This document shows positions 45,824 through 58,339 of a DNA stretch of 64,000 nucleotides, one piece after another. Within the stretch, counting starts at the first letter, position 1. The number at the start of each line of letters is the position of its first letter. This DNA comes from Schizochytrium sp. TIO01 (taxonomy: Eukaryota > Protista > Bigyra: Labyrinthulomycetes): contig SMSO01000037.1 of assembly GCA_004764695.1 (NCBI GenBank), positions 162,747 through 226,746 of the forward strand, in the 5' to 3' direction. A program made the translations under genes and the position numbers. The notes below the pieces were generated by a model that had not been told where the DNA came from, made no database searches, and worked only from the letters and a program-made list of their open reading frames with translations.

Positions 45824-48800
45824 ATGCTCGCTTCGCTGCAGCAGGTGGCGTCTGAGGAGGTTCGCGGCGGCCTTCGTGATGCCGGTGCCGGTGTCAAGGG
45901 ACTTCGGAAGCATGCAGCAGCAGCGGCCGAAGCAGTGCTGCAGGCCTCCGGCGGCGCTGATGCGGTATCCGAAGTAGAGGAAAACCGCGGTGGAGTAGCT
46001 CTCGAGGAGATATCTTCGCGACTTTGTGCAGCCACTGCAAACTGGAAATCAGCTTGTGTCGGATCTGCTCGCAAAGCTAAAATCAACCCTGCTGGGAAAA
46101 TTGGCAAAGGTGGCAAAACGGGCAAAGGTCCTGGTGACGCGAATTCCGCAGCAAAATTAGGCGATGGCGAACCCAAAAGCGCTGGAAGTCGAAATGGGCA
46201 AGGTTCTGATGGACAGCGCGTTGGCGATAATGGGGATACGGATGAGGGTAGGGACAGAAATATTCTTCAAGGTTTAGCTGCAAAGGAAGTGAATGTTAGA
46301 CCTGTTGAGCTGCTTGTTCCTGACGAAGAAGCAGCTGCATTAGCTTCTGGCAAAGCTGGAATGCGTAACACGCATAAGATCTTGCGCCAGACTTCTGGCC
46401 AGGTCTGGAAGCTCAAGAGTAATTGGATCAAAAATTGGAAAAAGCAGCGTCTCAGCGTGGACGCGGGCGGCCTTGTCTACGCGAAGCAAGCGTCAGGTCC
46501 TTCGCAAACGCAGATTCCTCTTGATAAAATCTTGACTGTAGCTCTCGCAAGGCCTGGGGACATGGGGAATAAAGTTCGACTTCGTCCTGAGGCCTTTCTG
46601 GTCTCTACTCGTGATGGCCGCACACATGTTTTTGCTAGCGATGTAGTGTCTTCAGCAGACTCCTTTGATGATGGTTCAAACGCTGCAGGTGCCCCTGGCA
46701 CCGGGGTTGGCGTGGGAGTTGGTGGAAGCACCGGTAACAACAGTCACCACCATCACCACCATTACCATGGCACCGGAAACAGCAGCAGCAGCAGCAACAA
46801 CAACAATGGCGGTGATATGATTTCAGGTCCGGCGTGGTGTAGAGTTATCGCATCTCATGTTCTTCTTCACGCCGTTCAACATGGAATGTCTCGCGAGCGT
46901 GTTGTGCAATTTTGTGAGCTTGGAGCAGACCTCAATTGTGCATGGCGGGATGGTCGGCAGTATCCTCCGCTCGCACTCGCAATGCAGAATGGCGACCTGG
47001 AGGTAGCCAAATACCTTTTGCGCAGAGGTGCGGATCCAAGTTGTCTTTTGCGTTGGTCTTTTCTGATGATGGATAAGATTGCTCGCCCGGTGGACATTCT
47101 AAACATGCTTATTGAGACAAAGAAGGATCTTAATGTGTGCAGCGACGACCCCCACGGATGGACTCTGCTGCACTATTTAGCCTTCGACGGTGACCTGGAC
47201 TCAGTGCAGAGGCTGATTGCTCGTGTGGACGTACCGACCATTCGTGCTGTTAATACTCTCGGAGATGATTCTCTTATGCTCGCGCTCAAACGCCATGGGC
47301 CCAAACCAGGGGAGGTTATTGAGAACCTTTGCCTCGCGCTTGCTAAGAATAGCGATGTCCTGCGTCGCGATAAGTGGAACGACACCGTTCTCCACGTCGC
47401 CATCAAACAAGGCCACCTTGAGCTCGCTCGACGGGTAATCAAGATGGGTGCGAAGATTGAAGAGCGGGACGCTGAAGGCAATACCGCATTGCATGTTGCA
47501 GTGAAAACGCAAGCTTTCATGTTGGCACGGTGGATGGTTGAACGGATGCCAAAGAACGATTCTACAAAATCTCAAGTTCTTAACTTGCGAGATGAACGCA
47601 AAGGCGACACAGTTCTTGCGCTCGCCTTGAAGCTAGATGAAGAGGACCTTGCGTTATTTTTCCTACGACACGGAGCAGACCCGAGCTTGAGGTCATCAAG
47701 TTGGGACCTTACACCAGACTGCGCAAGCGACTCGCCGCTCCACGTTGCGATCAAAATGGATATGCGAGAGCTCGCTGAAGCAATGTCAGCGCCTGCAGCT
47801 CGGGACGACTCACGAAAGGACCTTCTTCGCGAGGCTGATACTCGAGGAGTGCCAGTACTCGTGCTCGCAATGCGGAGAACGATGCTTAAGCTTGCGCTGC
47901 TCATTGTCCGGGCTGCAGAAAAGGACTCTGGGATCCTTGATGCTGTAACTCGAAAAGAAGGTGATGCGGCTCTTCATGTAGCTTTGGAACATGGGTGGTT
48001 TATGCTTGCGTGTGCTCTCGTGGATGCTGGAGCATCTGTGAACGTGCAAAATCGCAAAGGGCACACAGCGCTACATCTTTGCATAGATCGTTTGACACAG
48101 CTTAGCACTGTGTCGCCGCGATGTGAAAGAGTTATTCTTGCACTCATGCGTGGACTACTTGATAACCACGCAGACGCCAGCCTAAGATCGGGATCATTAC
48201 AGCACACTTGTCTTCATGCAGCCGTAATTGGCAAACAACGAGCTGCTGTTGCACTATTACTTGGCCATCACGCGGACCTCGCTGATGTCTGCGACAAAGA
48301 TGGATACTCCTCGCTCGCGCTCGCAGTTCTACAGGGAGATCCAGACCTCGTGCAGCTCTTGCTGGATCATGGCGCAGACGTGGATGTTGTAAGCAAGCAG
48401 AGTTTGTCAACGCTGCACCTCGCTCTGCAAGCAGCACCAGCGGATCAATTGCGCACTGCAGAGCTGTGCTCCCTTTTATTGCGGCACGGCGCTTATCCAG
48501 GTATCTGGGATCGAGCAGGGCGATGTCCTGTGCACCATATGGCTGCACGGAATTTGGACAAGGTTATCAAGGCGCTCGCTGCAGATTGTAAAGTGCCAGG
48601 CCACCTCGATCTGCGCACAGAAACTGGCGAGACAGCAGCCATGCTTGCAGTGACACATGGTGCTTTGGATGCTCTCAACGTCCTGCTTGAGAATGGAATT
48701 GATCTTGATGCAAAGGTCCCTGCGACACGCCGCGGTATCTTTCATATTGCTGGCGACTTGTGCGTCTCTCGCACTGAGCCGTTTTGGTCCTCTGGAGTTC

Positions 48801-50152
48801 CTCAGCGGCTTCTCAATCTTGACCACACTGCGAAAGTTTACGACCGCGACGTCGCTGGCACTTCAGTGGTAGGCGCGAAGAGCTTCATCCGACGCTGTAT
48901 CAATGCCGAAGGGGGATCTTCAGCAGCAGCTTCTATGCACCCAAATTCTTCTTCAGCATTGTCTCCTGGTCGTGTTAATGTTAATATTGCTTCTGGTGGT
49001 ATTGGCAGTGGTGGTGGAGGCGGCGCAGTGGGCGGTGCAGCTACCGCAGCGATCTTGCCAACTTCACCGATTGGTGTGGGAGTTCGGGACTCCATCATGT
49101 CGCCAAATTCTGCAGCAAGCTCGTCTTCTACATCTTCCTCTTCATCATCATCATTGACGTCCACGGATGACGACAATGATGATGAGGACGAGGATATGCG
49201 GCTTGCCCTCGGTGTGCGCCGCATTGGCACAATCAGTGAAAGTGACACTGAGAACGACGGTTCAATGTCTCCAAGCACGTATTTCCCTGGTCGCCTTAAT
49301 AGCCTCGGGTCTCCTATGCAGATAGTTTCACAGCCGCCATCGGCGCCTTCTCAAAGCTCTAGTCAGCCGCGGACCACCACTCCGACGGGCGGTTTGCATG
49401 AAAGCCTTGGAGGCGATGATGATGATGATCATGATGACGATAATCTTGCTGATGAGGAGGACATTGATGATTTACGTCCGGACACCCCAGGCACACCTGT
49501 GAAGCTGGCTTCGGCCTCGACATCTTCCCTCATGACCGTTCCTGATATCTCCGCTTTGGGATCAATGGGTGGCAGAAGCCTAACTGGAACAGACACAGGC
49601 GGAAGCCAGCGTAGTGCAGCGACACACCTGCAACAACATTCATCGTCCTCTCAAGGGCCACAAGAAGGTTCTCCTCGTGCAGGTCTTGGAGGGAGTGGTA
49701 TTGCTGCAGTGGCTCTCGGAAGTGGCATTCTTGGTCCGCGACCGACTACGCCAGCTGGAGGGCTTCACCAAGGTGAACCTACATCTCTCGATGCGGAGGC
49801 ATCGATGGAATCTGAAACGAAGGATGGGACTTCTGAGGAAAGCATGAAACGTCCTCGACGTGACAGCCTTTATGACCCAGAGCTGAAGGAAATGTACTTG
49901 AGTTTACCTCCTACGCAAAGGGTGGAGATCGTGGAACTCATCAAGCTTGAAGGCAAACTTGTGGCTCAACAGTGGCTAACAACGCCACAAGGCCAGGCTC
50001 GACTCCAGGAAGACGCAGATACTTTAATTTCTACAAACCCGAGTTTGTCGCCTCTGCAAGCCCAGCAGGAGGCCCGTCAACACTTTGTCCAACAACATTT
50101 AACTTCGTGGTTCCAGCAGCTTGAAATCCTGCAGCAAATTCCTCTTGCCTAA
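45824..50152 (+). CDS. PH-domain and multi-ankyrin-repeat protein
   Basis: ORF 45818..50152; ATG at 45824. PH-like SGQVWKLKSNWIKNWKKQRL..IPL..F.VSTRDGRTHVF..WCRVI; more than 12 ankyrin repeats (GWTLLHY, GNTALHVAV, GHTALHL, GETAAMLAV); low-complexity tail. Confidence 0.9.
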   Translation: MLASLQQVASEEVRGGLRDAGAGVKGLRKHAAAAAEAVLQASGGADAVSEVEENRGGVALEEISSRLCAATANWKSACVGSARKAKINPAGKIGKGGKTGKGPGDANSAAKLGDGEPKSAGSRNGQGSDGQRVGDNGDTDEGRDRNILQGLAAKEVNVRPVELLVPDEEAAALASGKAGMRNTHKILRQTSGQVWKLKSNWIKNWKKQRLSVDAGGLVYAKQASGPSQTQIPLDKILTVALARPGDMGNKVRLRPEAFLVSTRDGRTHVFASDVVSSADSFDDGSNAAGAPGTGVGVGVGGSTGNNSHHHHHHYHGTGNSSSSSNNNNGGDMISGPAWCRVIASHVLLHAVQHGMSRERVVQFCELGADLNCAWRDGRQYPPLALAMQNGDLEVAKYLLRRGADPSCLLRWSFLMMDKIARPVDILNMLIETKKDLNVCSDDPHGWTLLHYLAFDGDLDSVQRLIARVDVPTIRAVNTLGDDSLMLALKRHGPKPGEVIENLCLALAKNSDVLRRDKWNDTVLHVAIKQGHLELARRVIKMGAKIEERDAEGNTALHVAVKTQAFMLARWMVERMPKNDSTKSQVLNLRDERKGDTVLALALKLDEEDLALFFLRHGADPSLRSSSWDLTPDCASDSPLHVAIKMDMRELAEAMSAPAARDDSRKDLLREADTRGVPVLVLAMRRTMLKLALLIVRAAEKDSGILDAVTRKEGDAALHVALEHGWFMLACALVDAGASVNVQNRKGHTALHLCIDRLTQLSTVSPRCERVILALMRGLLDNHADASLRSGSLQHTCLHAAVIGKQRAAVALLLGHHADLADVCDKDGYSSLALAVLQGDPDLVQLLLDHGADVDVVSKQSLSTLHLALQAAPADQLRTAELCSLLLRHGAYPGIWDRAGRCPVHHMAARNLDKVIKALAADCKVPGHLDLRTETGETAAMLAVTHGALDALNVLLENGIDLDAKVPATRRGIFHIAGDLCVSRTEPFWSSGVPQRLLNLDHTAKVYDRDVAGTSVVGAKSFIRRCINAEGGSSAAASMHPNSSSALSPGRVNVNIASGGIGSGGGGGAVGGAATAAILPTSPIGVGVRDSIMSPNSAASSSSTSSSSSSSLTSTDDDNDDEDEDMRLALGVRRIGTISESDTENDGSMSPSTYFPGRLNSLGSPMQIVSQPPSAPSQSSSQPRTTTPTGGLHESLGGDDDDDHDDDNLADEEDIDDLRPDTPGTPVKLASASTSSLMTVPDISALGSMGGRSLTGTDTGGSQRSAATHLQQHSSSSQGPQEGSPRAGLGGSGIAAVALGSGILGPRPTTPAGGLHQGEPTSLDAEASMESETKDGTSEESMKRPRRDSLYDPELKEMYLSLPPTQRVEIVELIKLEGKLVAQQWLTTPQGQARLQEDADTLISTNPSLSPLQAQQEARQHFVQQHLTSWFQQLEILQQIPLA

Positions 50153-52080
50153 GACGCGTCTTTGTCTTTTGTTATGTTTTACTTCGCTCTGTTTGTGAGC
50201 GTGAGCATGTATGTATGTCTTTATGCTATTTTTTTCGTTTACCCATCAAAAGAAGCATACCAGACTATTAAAAAAGAAAGAAAACAAAAAGAAGCAGATC
50301 ACAAGATGATGATGATATGTAGTCGACGACTCTCCTTCTATGTCTATGGGACCGTTGTTATCTTCTTGATCATAGCAGATCTGAAAAGAAGAATAACTGT
50401 ACAACTTGATGAATAAGATTCAATAGAAGTGGAAAACACCAATGTATGCTTCTGTAACTTACAGCTAGCCTAGCTGATTCAAGGAAAGTGTCCTTGTTCG
50501 CTTTCATGCATGCATTTGTTGGCTTCTAAACTAGGTCTAGGAGCAAGCAGATTTGTCAAGCGACTCTTCAATTTGTGGGCCGCCTCTGCGTTTAATGATG
50601 GTTGACCAACACAACTATAACCACGACCTCAAGTCTCTGCTGCGTATAAGTGATCATCGGATGTTGAGACAATTGTTGTATCCAATGTTCAGAGGTCGAC
50701 GCGGATCTGAACGGTGTAGAGTATGTATGCTTCATCATTTGGAGGTCAGTACACTTCAAAGGGAAAGAAATAAACGTTGAGAACATCTGACGTAGAATTA
50801 AAGAAGAACAGTGTCAGCGTTTAGAATTAATTACGTAACATCTTCACTCTTTTATGTGCAAGCTTCAAATCATTGATGTTTCGTGCCCTCGGGTCAGAAC
50901 AATGGATCGAAAATGTTCTGAAAAGTGTTTCATGAGAGTAGGCCTCTGCTCAGCAAGGCTTGATAGAGCGCTTCTTTGAGGCTCAATGATGACAAACATA
51001 CCTTCTGAAACAGCGAAACAGGTCCTGAACGAAAAGGCCACCTTAAGCTGGAGCACGGCAGACAACAAGACCAAAAAAAATCAAAGAGGACGCTATATAT
51101 TAAATAGAAGAAAAAAAGAGAAAGACAATAGTTTCAAAAACTTCAGAATGTGACTGTTCTGTCTAACTAATCTGAATCTCAGCAGTCCATCCATCACACT
51201 CCGCCTTTTCTATCAAACTTAGTACTACTATGTAAACGCGCTATGCTCGATTTTGCGCATTATCTACTTGACGGTTGGTTTTCGCTTTCTTTTCCAGGTT
51301 GGTTTTACACGGCGGCCAGAGATTTGAGCAAATTTGTACAAATTAGACTTGTTTAACTTTTTCTAATTTCCTCTTCAAGTTTCAATGCTTTGGAGAGGGA
51401 TAATGCAACGAAAGAGCGTTCTTGGTAAACGGCTAAACTTCACCCGAACAGCCAGGTTACGTCAATAGTAGCTGCTTTGACATGTGTGCTTTCCCTCCTA
51501 TCCTTGTGGGTTGTGGAAATTGTCCAGTCAGGCCATGGATAATTACTGTATCCAGCTTGAATTAAAAGACCACACACTCTCCCCTTGGGACGTGCATATG
51601 CACGAGAAGGGTCCAATCTCGCTCCCAATCTCGCTCTCGCTCTCGTCAAAGAGTGGACTCAGGGCGGTCATAGCTCAATCCTATTGGGAGCTACAGCCCG
51701 CAGATTTATGATAAGTTCCACTCGCTGGAGCTTCTTCTTTGGTCTCACTTCAGCATGATCCCTCTGATTTCGTATCGCCGCACTTGCTCTGTATTTAATT
51801 GTGCTGAAGTTTGGTCTCCCGGCAGGAACTAACTTAACTTAAACTTGACAGGTATTAGATGGACCGGTACTCTACTAGGTGGCGCTTAAACTTGTCTCGC
51901 AAACCTCGTTCTACGACGAATGTACCCAAGAACAGAATATAATACCCAGGAATAGAATATACCCGATAACTGCCACAGCCTTTAAAGGAGTCGTACGTGC
52001 AGCATTCTGCAAATCTGAGGATTGTGGCATCAATACTGGTGCTGCTGTTGCCTCTTGGCGATAGGAGAACAGGCGCGGCA

Positions 52081-52116
52081 AGTGAGTGAGTGAGTGAGTG
52101 AGTGAGTGAGTGAGTG
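52081..52116. repeat. (AGTG)9 microsatellite
   Basis: Directly visible. Confidence 0.95.
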
Positions 52117-54700
52117 CTCGCGTGAGCGAGGTAATCAATGCATGGCATGAGTGAGGAATCAAAGAGGGAAGTGGGTGCGGCTTCATTCAAGTCACTATCG
52201 TTTCGCTCTCGTCGGGAGTTTGCCAGGAACGAAGTAGCCTCAAACGCTTGCGAGAAAGGCAGCATCAAAGCTGAATAGCTCATAATCTAACTTAACTTGC
52301 CCTTCCCCGAATCCACTCCACACGTTAACCAAAGGTTGCACTCAAAGGGAGCCTGGAGTTCGCATTCGACTTCAGCCTCGAGATGTAACAGGTAACGAAC
52401 TAAGTGGTTGCCCTCGGTAAAGGATGCTAAATAAATAGTCTTCACTGCTGCTGCTGCTGCTGCAATTTCAGAGATTTGCTCTTTCGTGGCCTTCGAGATC
52501 TTGATTGTCTTTAAGCGTCATGACATCCAGTACTGCTCCTTCGTCACGTACGTGCTGTATTGAGCCGTGCTGCAGAAGAGGGCGTTATTTTGTTGGTAAA
52601 AGTGGATATATATCGTGCAAGAAAGACTGTTGCGTTGCAGGAAGAAATGAATGAAGGAGAGAGTGAAGCAATGATGCGTGCAGAACGCAGACTTATTGGA
52701 CAATCGTTGCTTTTCCGTGTGGTCGGCTTTGATGCTGTAATTTAATCATGTTATAATAATACTTTCCAGAAGCGAGCGTCGCCTCGCGGAGAAATCGATT
52801 GATCGCGTTCTTGAAAATTGACTAATTGTCTGGCAAAATCATCATGATCGTGGGCCCACCTCCTTCAAGAAGATTAGATTTTTTAATGATTAGATTTAAA
52901 AAATTCTATCTTCAGAGGAACTTTTCCTTTTTAGAAGAACACCAATCTTCAAGTTGAGAAAGAAAATCTAATCAGTCAGGTCTTGGTTCATAGACGTAGG
53001 TAGCCAAGTGCTATCTAAGAGTGCCTGGGTCGATCCTGCGGGGGAAAGGAGCGCCTTGGCTGAAGAAGAGAAAAGGTTTCCCGGAAACATCCTTCGAACG
53101 CTTCAAGTCGGCCATTCCCGCTTGCTTCTCTTTGCGGGGTTCGGCCTCTTCTCTCCATGTTTGCTTTATTCGGGAAAGGCATTTTTCTTCAAGTCAAGTC
53201 ATGCCGTGGCAAAGGCAAAAAGCAGTTCGATCCCTCTCTTTCTGCCAAACAAATGAGAGGGATTCAGGTGTGCGTAAACTCCATTACTCTTCCTGTCCCA
53301 CACCTTCCCTCAGCAGCCCCACACCCTAATCTTCAGGTATGGGTTTCCACCGCACGCCTCCCCCAGTTCAAAGGGTTCCTCGGCCTTCGTTGCTGCTCAT
53401 GTTTTTTCCCTCCCTCTTCGATTCTCTTCTTCGTGGTACCTACGATCTCTCTATGTATCTATGTATCTATCTCTCTATCTCTGGAGCTATCTATCTAGCT
53501 ATAGAGCTACCAGGCCTCAGGGAATGAGGTCATTTCGCTGGCTAGTGAACAACCAATTCAGCAGAAGCGTCACGGTAGTTTGTTTTCCACATGATACATG
53601 CCTTCGTGCCGGTCGCCATCGCCTGTCGCCTGCAGCAGGGCCTGTCATCTTTATTTATTAGTTTCGTTCTTTCTTTGCTTTCTTGTTTGCTTGCTTTCTC
53701 TGCTTATTCACCTTCGAACAAGGGAAAGCTCGTTCGGTGTGCACAGAGAAAAGCGCAACTTGACGGACTTAGGAGGTACCTAGGTACTATCTTGTGGCAG
53801 CGCGAAGGTCGTTTTGATGTAGTCGGGCTTTGTCTGGTTACTGTAATCAGTCTAAGTTGTTGATTTTCAAAAACAATAAAATGCAAGAGCTGTTTATCTG
53901 TCTGCCTGTTCGTTCACAGAGTCACTTTAAAGAGATTGCTCAAAACGATTGATTGAGTGATTGAGAAATTGATGATGCATCTATTTATCTGTCTGCGCGC
54001 CGCGAGGAAATTTTAATTAATTCATCAACTAATCAATGACGGCAGGCACTTAATGAAAGTAAACGATTCTCAGAAAATACATAAAAATATTCTTGACTAA
54101 TAAAAAACGAAATAAAAACATCGACCTATGTACACTTTTCTTTCTTTGAGTTTAAACATTTTACTTATACAATAAAATATTTGTTTAATCAAACTTTTAA
54201 AAGTAGTGAAATATTATTTTATAATTAAAGTATTTTGTAATTAAAGTATTTTACAATTGAAAAGAAAAAAATGAAGAAGAAAACTTTGAATAGGTAAAAG
54301 CACGATTAAGGAAGCAAAAGCCTACCTTCCATAGAAGTCATAGTAAAAACGGAGTGATTTGATTAATTAAAAACAAATTAAATCAATAAAAGAAAAAGAA
54401 AAAGAGCAGTTCGTTATGGTGTTGAGTATAAAAAGACATAAAAGCTAGAAACTTAAAGAGCCTTTTTACCACAATTAAATCAATATTTTCTACGGCGGCC
54501 GCCCGGGCCTTTAATTTTTTTCGCTTCTCGTTCTAGTTAGAGCGGCAGACCACTGAACCTGGAGCGCCTCTGATCAAGAATCATTTTCTCATGCTTCTCT
54601 TCTCGCCCGATGTTTGTCCCTGTCTGTCTGTCTGTCTACATTGACGGTTCTCCCTAACAATATTCTTCTGATGTTCTCTGTTGTCCTTCTCTATTTGTCA

Positions 54701-54900
54701 GTCTGTCTGTTTGTTTGTTTGTTTGTTTGTTTGTTTGTTTGTTTGTTTGTTTGTTTGTTTGTTTGTTTGTTTGTTTGTTTGTTTGTTTGTTTGTTTGTTT
54801 GTTTGTTTGTTTGTTTGTTTGTTTGTTTGTTTGTTTGTTTGTTTGTTTGTTTGTTTGTTTGTTTGTTTGTTTGTTTGTTTGTTTGTCTGTCTGTCTGTTT
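54701..54900. repeat. (GTTT)~44 microsatellite flanked by GTCT units
   Basis: Perfect GTTT array 54709-54884 with GTCT variants on both sides. Confidence 0.98.
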
Positions 54901-56908
54901 GGCGACTTTTAGTGCGGGATGAGAGAGAAAAGCGCGCTCTCTGCTAGTTTTAGTTTTACTTCTACATATATTCTTAAAAAAAGGAATTCAAGTAAGAGTT
55001 GAACGCTTGAAGCTGCCAGAGTCTATAATCTCTCTTCTCCTGCGAGTGGAAATGTCGGTATGGCAATACGATGGGAGTCTTGGGAAGCAAGGATGCGGGG
55101 CTGAGGAATGCGGTATTTGGTAAATAGATACCTCCGTTCTTGTTCAAAAATAGTCTGAGCCGTCGCTGCGTATGAAAAAGGCCGCCGCATGCTCTAAAAC
55201 GAAGCGCTGAATCGAGTATTTCCGACATCCAGGTGCGCCCACAGTTTGCCCGACTCGAACCGTTAGACGCGACTACTACCACTGGTACTGCTCCTACTAC
55301 CTCTTTCCCCCCCTCTCTCTTAGGTAGTTTTCACTCTCATCATTGGAAAAAGGAAGGAGGATTGAAGAAAAAGCAACTTTTAAAATAAACAAATCAACTA
55401 AGTAAAACAAACAAACAAACAAACAAATAGAGAAGAAAGGACAGCAGCGGACAGTGCGTGCTTTTGCTCGGCATTTATAGTTATATATATATATATATAA
55501 TTTATTATTATTTTTTTAATTTTGCGTCGTCAATTGTGGAGAACATTGGCCTTCACGTAGCAATAATCAAAAGCATCAGATCAAAAACGTTGATCTATAA
55601 AAAGATGGTGAAAAGAGGTGGAGTTTTCTTTTCCGTGATCTGGTATCGGTGTGTAAAATCTGTGAAATAAGTCCACGAAAGGATTAAAGAACATAATACC
55701 TATAGCGTGCAGAGGGAATCGAATTAAATCGAAGGAGTTTAGAGTTGAGTCAAGAGGAAAAGAAAGGACGCAGTAGAGAAGTGAAGAGAATGGTGAGGGG
55801 AAAGAAAGGAGAGTGGAACATGATGTGGTGGTTCCCCGCAATACCGACTGATGCGCGGCGCTCCTTTCTTACGTTTCACACCTGCTTCCTACTCCTATAA
55901 ACTTAAGCGAAGATCTCATCATTCCAAAAGCATTAGCTGTCCACCAAAGTTCCAAGTTTTATTTTTATTTGTATATTTATGAAAATGTCTTTCGTGAGGA
56001 ATTTTATTATCGATTCGAAGTAGATACAATATTTATGATAAATATCCCATTTTGATGATATATTTGCATTCTTAACTTTTAACTAAATGCCAGGTCTAGA
56101 AGTGCATCATTTCCCGATCGCACACTGTGCGTAACGAGCGCCTCACATTATGGAACATAGAGCATTTGCTCTTTTCTGAGATGGTCTGTCTACTGCTTCG
56201 TGTAAAGCATCCGAAACTCAGGGTCCATTCGCCTCGAAAGATCACTGCCTCAGAGACACGCCAACGTGACAGTGGTTTGCTCCTCTTTCACTGCAGAGGG
56301 AGCACACATCGGGCGGTTTTGACTGATTTCGTTTGGTCTTTCATCATTTCGAATTTCCAAAGAAGCAAGACAAAGATGAAAGTGGCCTGACGATACCTTT
56401 TTTGGACCAATATCCTCTGTGGGCTCATCATTCAAGGGCAATGCTTTTAAAATAAAAGTAGCAGCGCGAAATCTTCTTTCGAGGGGGTGCTTCTCTCGAC
56501 TTTGTTCTCGTTCCGCACCAAGTGCTAAAGCCGAGCAAAGCCGTCTTCCTCCACATTTTGTGCACGATCTTACCAACTATCCCGTCAACTTCGCATGGTC
56601 AACGGCGCCAAACTTCTTATTCATGTCTTAATTTCCTAAAAACCTAATCTTGATGGTAATCTATATGTTATCTAAAACCAGATACCTACAAAAGGAGAAG
56701 AAAGAACCTGCGCGCGTGTCTTTCCCAAAGAAAGAGAGAGAGAAAGAAAGACTCGATTCAAACCTCCATTTCATTCCGAAGGCCTTCTTCGCCTTCAGCA
56801 TCTCCACTATATGTACCCTCCACGCGAGCTCCACCCATCATAAACAGCCTAAGTTTCCGCCTCAAAGAGCGAAGTTTTACCCATCAGCCATTTCCCCGAT
56901 TATTATTC

Positions 56909-57151
<243 letters not shown>

Positions 57152-57438
57152 ACCCGTCCCCTCACTAAGTCAGTCCCTGCGCATCGTAGCTTCTAGCTAG
57201 CTATCTAGCTATATCTGTCTATCTAGTAGTTCACCATTAGTCCGCTGTTCGTTAGTTCGACTTGAACCGCAGCTTTCAAGGATCCTTTCAAATGTTTCCG
57301 CCTTTTATTCTCCCTCCCTCCCTCCCTCCCTCCACAGTGTCGCCACCGATCTTCAGCGACTCCCCGCAGTGTACAACTCAGCTTTGCTCTGCTCTGCTCT
57401 GCTCTGCTCTGCTTTTCTGCTTCGGCTGCTTCTCTTGG

Positions 57439-57477
<39 letters not shown>

Positions 57478-57947
57478 GTGTCTTTTGCGCTTCTTCTTCT
57501 TCTTGAGCCAGATCTCTCGAAAAGCCGTGCGTTGATTTCGCAGCGACCTATCATAAGAAGGGAGGGAGGAAGGAAGAAGAAGATAAAGGAGAAGTACGCG
57601 CTGACTGACTGATAGGTAGGTAGATAGATAGATAGCTAGCTAGCTACAGAGACAGAAGAACCAGCAGGCGGATGGATCACTTAGCAGGGAGTAGAAAGAA
57701 GTAGGCGAGGGCGTCATAACAGCAACGGAGAATACCTGAGTCCCGACGGCCTCCGTCCAATCATCGCTGCGCCTCCAACGGCTGCTTCGCCGGAGCTCTC
57801 AAAAGCAGCGCGGCCCTGGAAGCGCAGCGGTCCGCAGGACTCCCCTCACTTACTCAACAAGCAGAAGAGGCGCTCTCTTCTCTGCGGCGCTTCTCACCGC
57901 ATCTGCTTATTCCTAACCAATTGAAAAGATAAATAAAATATAGAATT

Positions 57948-58025
57948 GAAAATCAAAATCAAAATCAAAAGCAAAATCAAAATCAAAAGCGAAAGCGAAA
58001 GCACGAACAAAAGCGAAAGCAAGCG
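57948..58025. repeat. Hexamer repeat drifting AAAATC > AAAAGC > GAAAGC
   Basis: Directly visible. Confidence 0.85.
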
Positions 58026-58339
58026 CCTTTTCCATATCTCTGCACGCTCACACCATCCTTCTAAAGAGCCTTTGCCCAATCTTCGATCTTCGTTCGCTGT
58101 TCTTCCAGCTCTGTTATCCACCACCGCTGCCCGACAGTTGCAGACTGTCCCCTCGCGCCGGGAGCGCTTTTCATCATCACCATCATCATCATAAGAATTA
58201 CATTATTATTTTTTTAATTTAAAATCGAAAGCCTCGCAGAGTCGAGAACAGAACAAATCTTCGCAGAACAGACGGGCTCTTGAGGTCCCACGGCGCCCAA
58301 GGCAGCTCCGGACGGCTGACTGGCTGGCTTTCCGAAGGC

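Noticed and set aside
54614-54947. ORFs encoding (VCLF)n
   Set aside because: Translations of the GTTT microsatellite.
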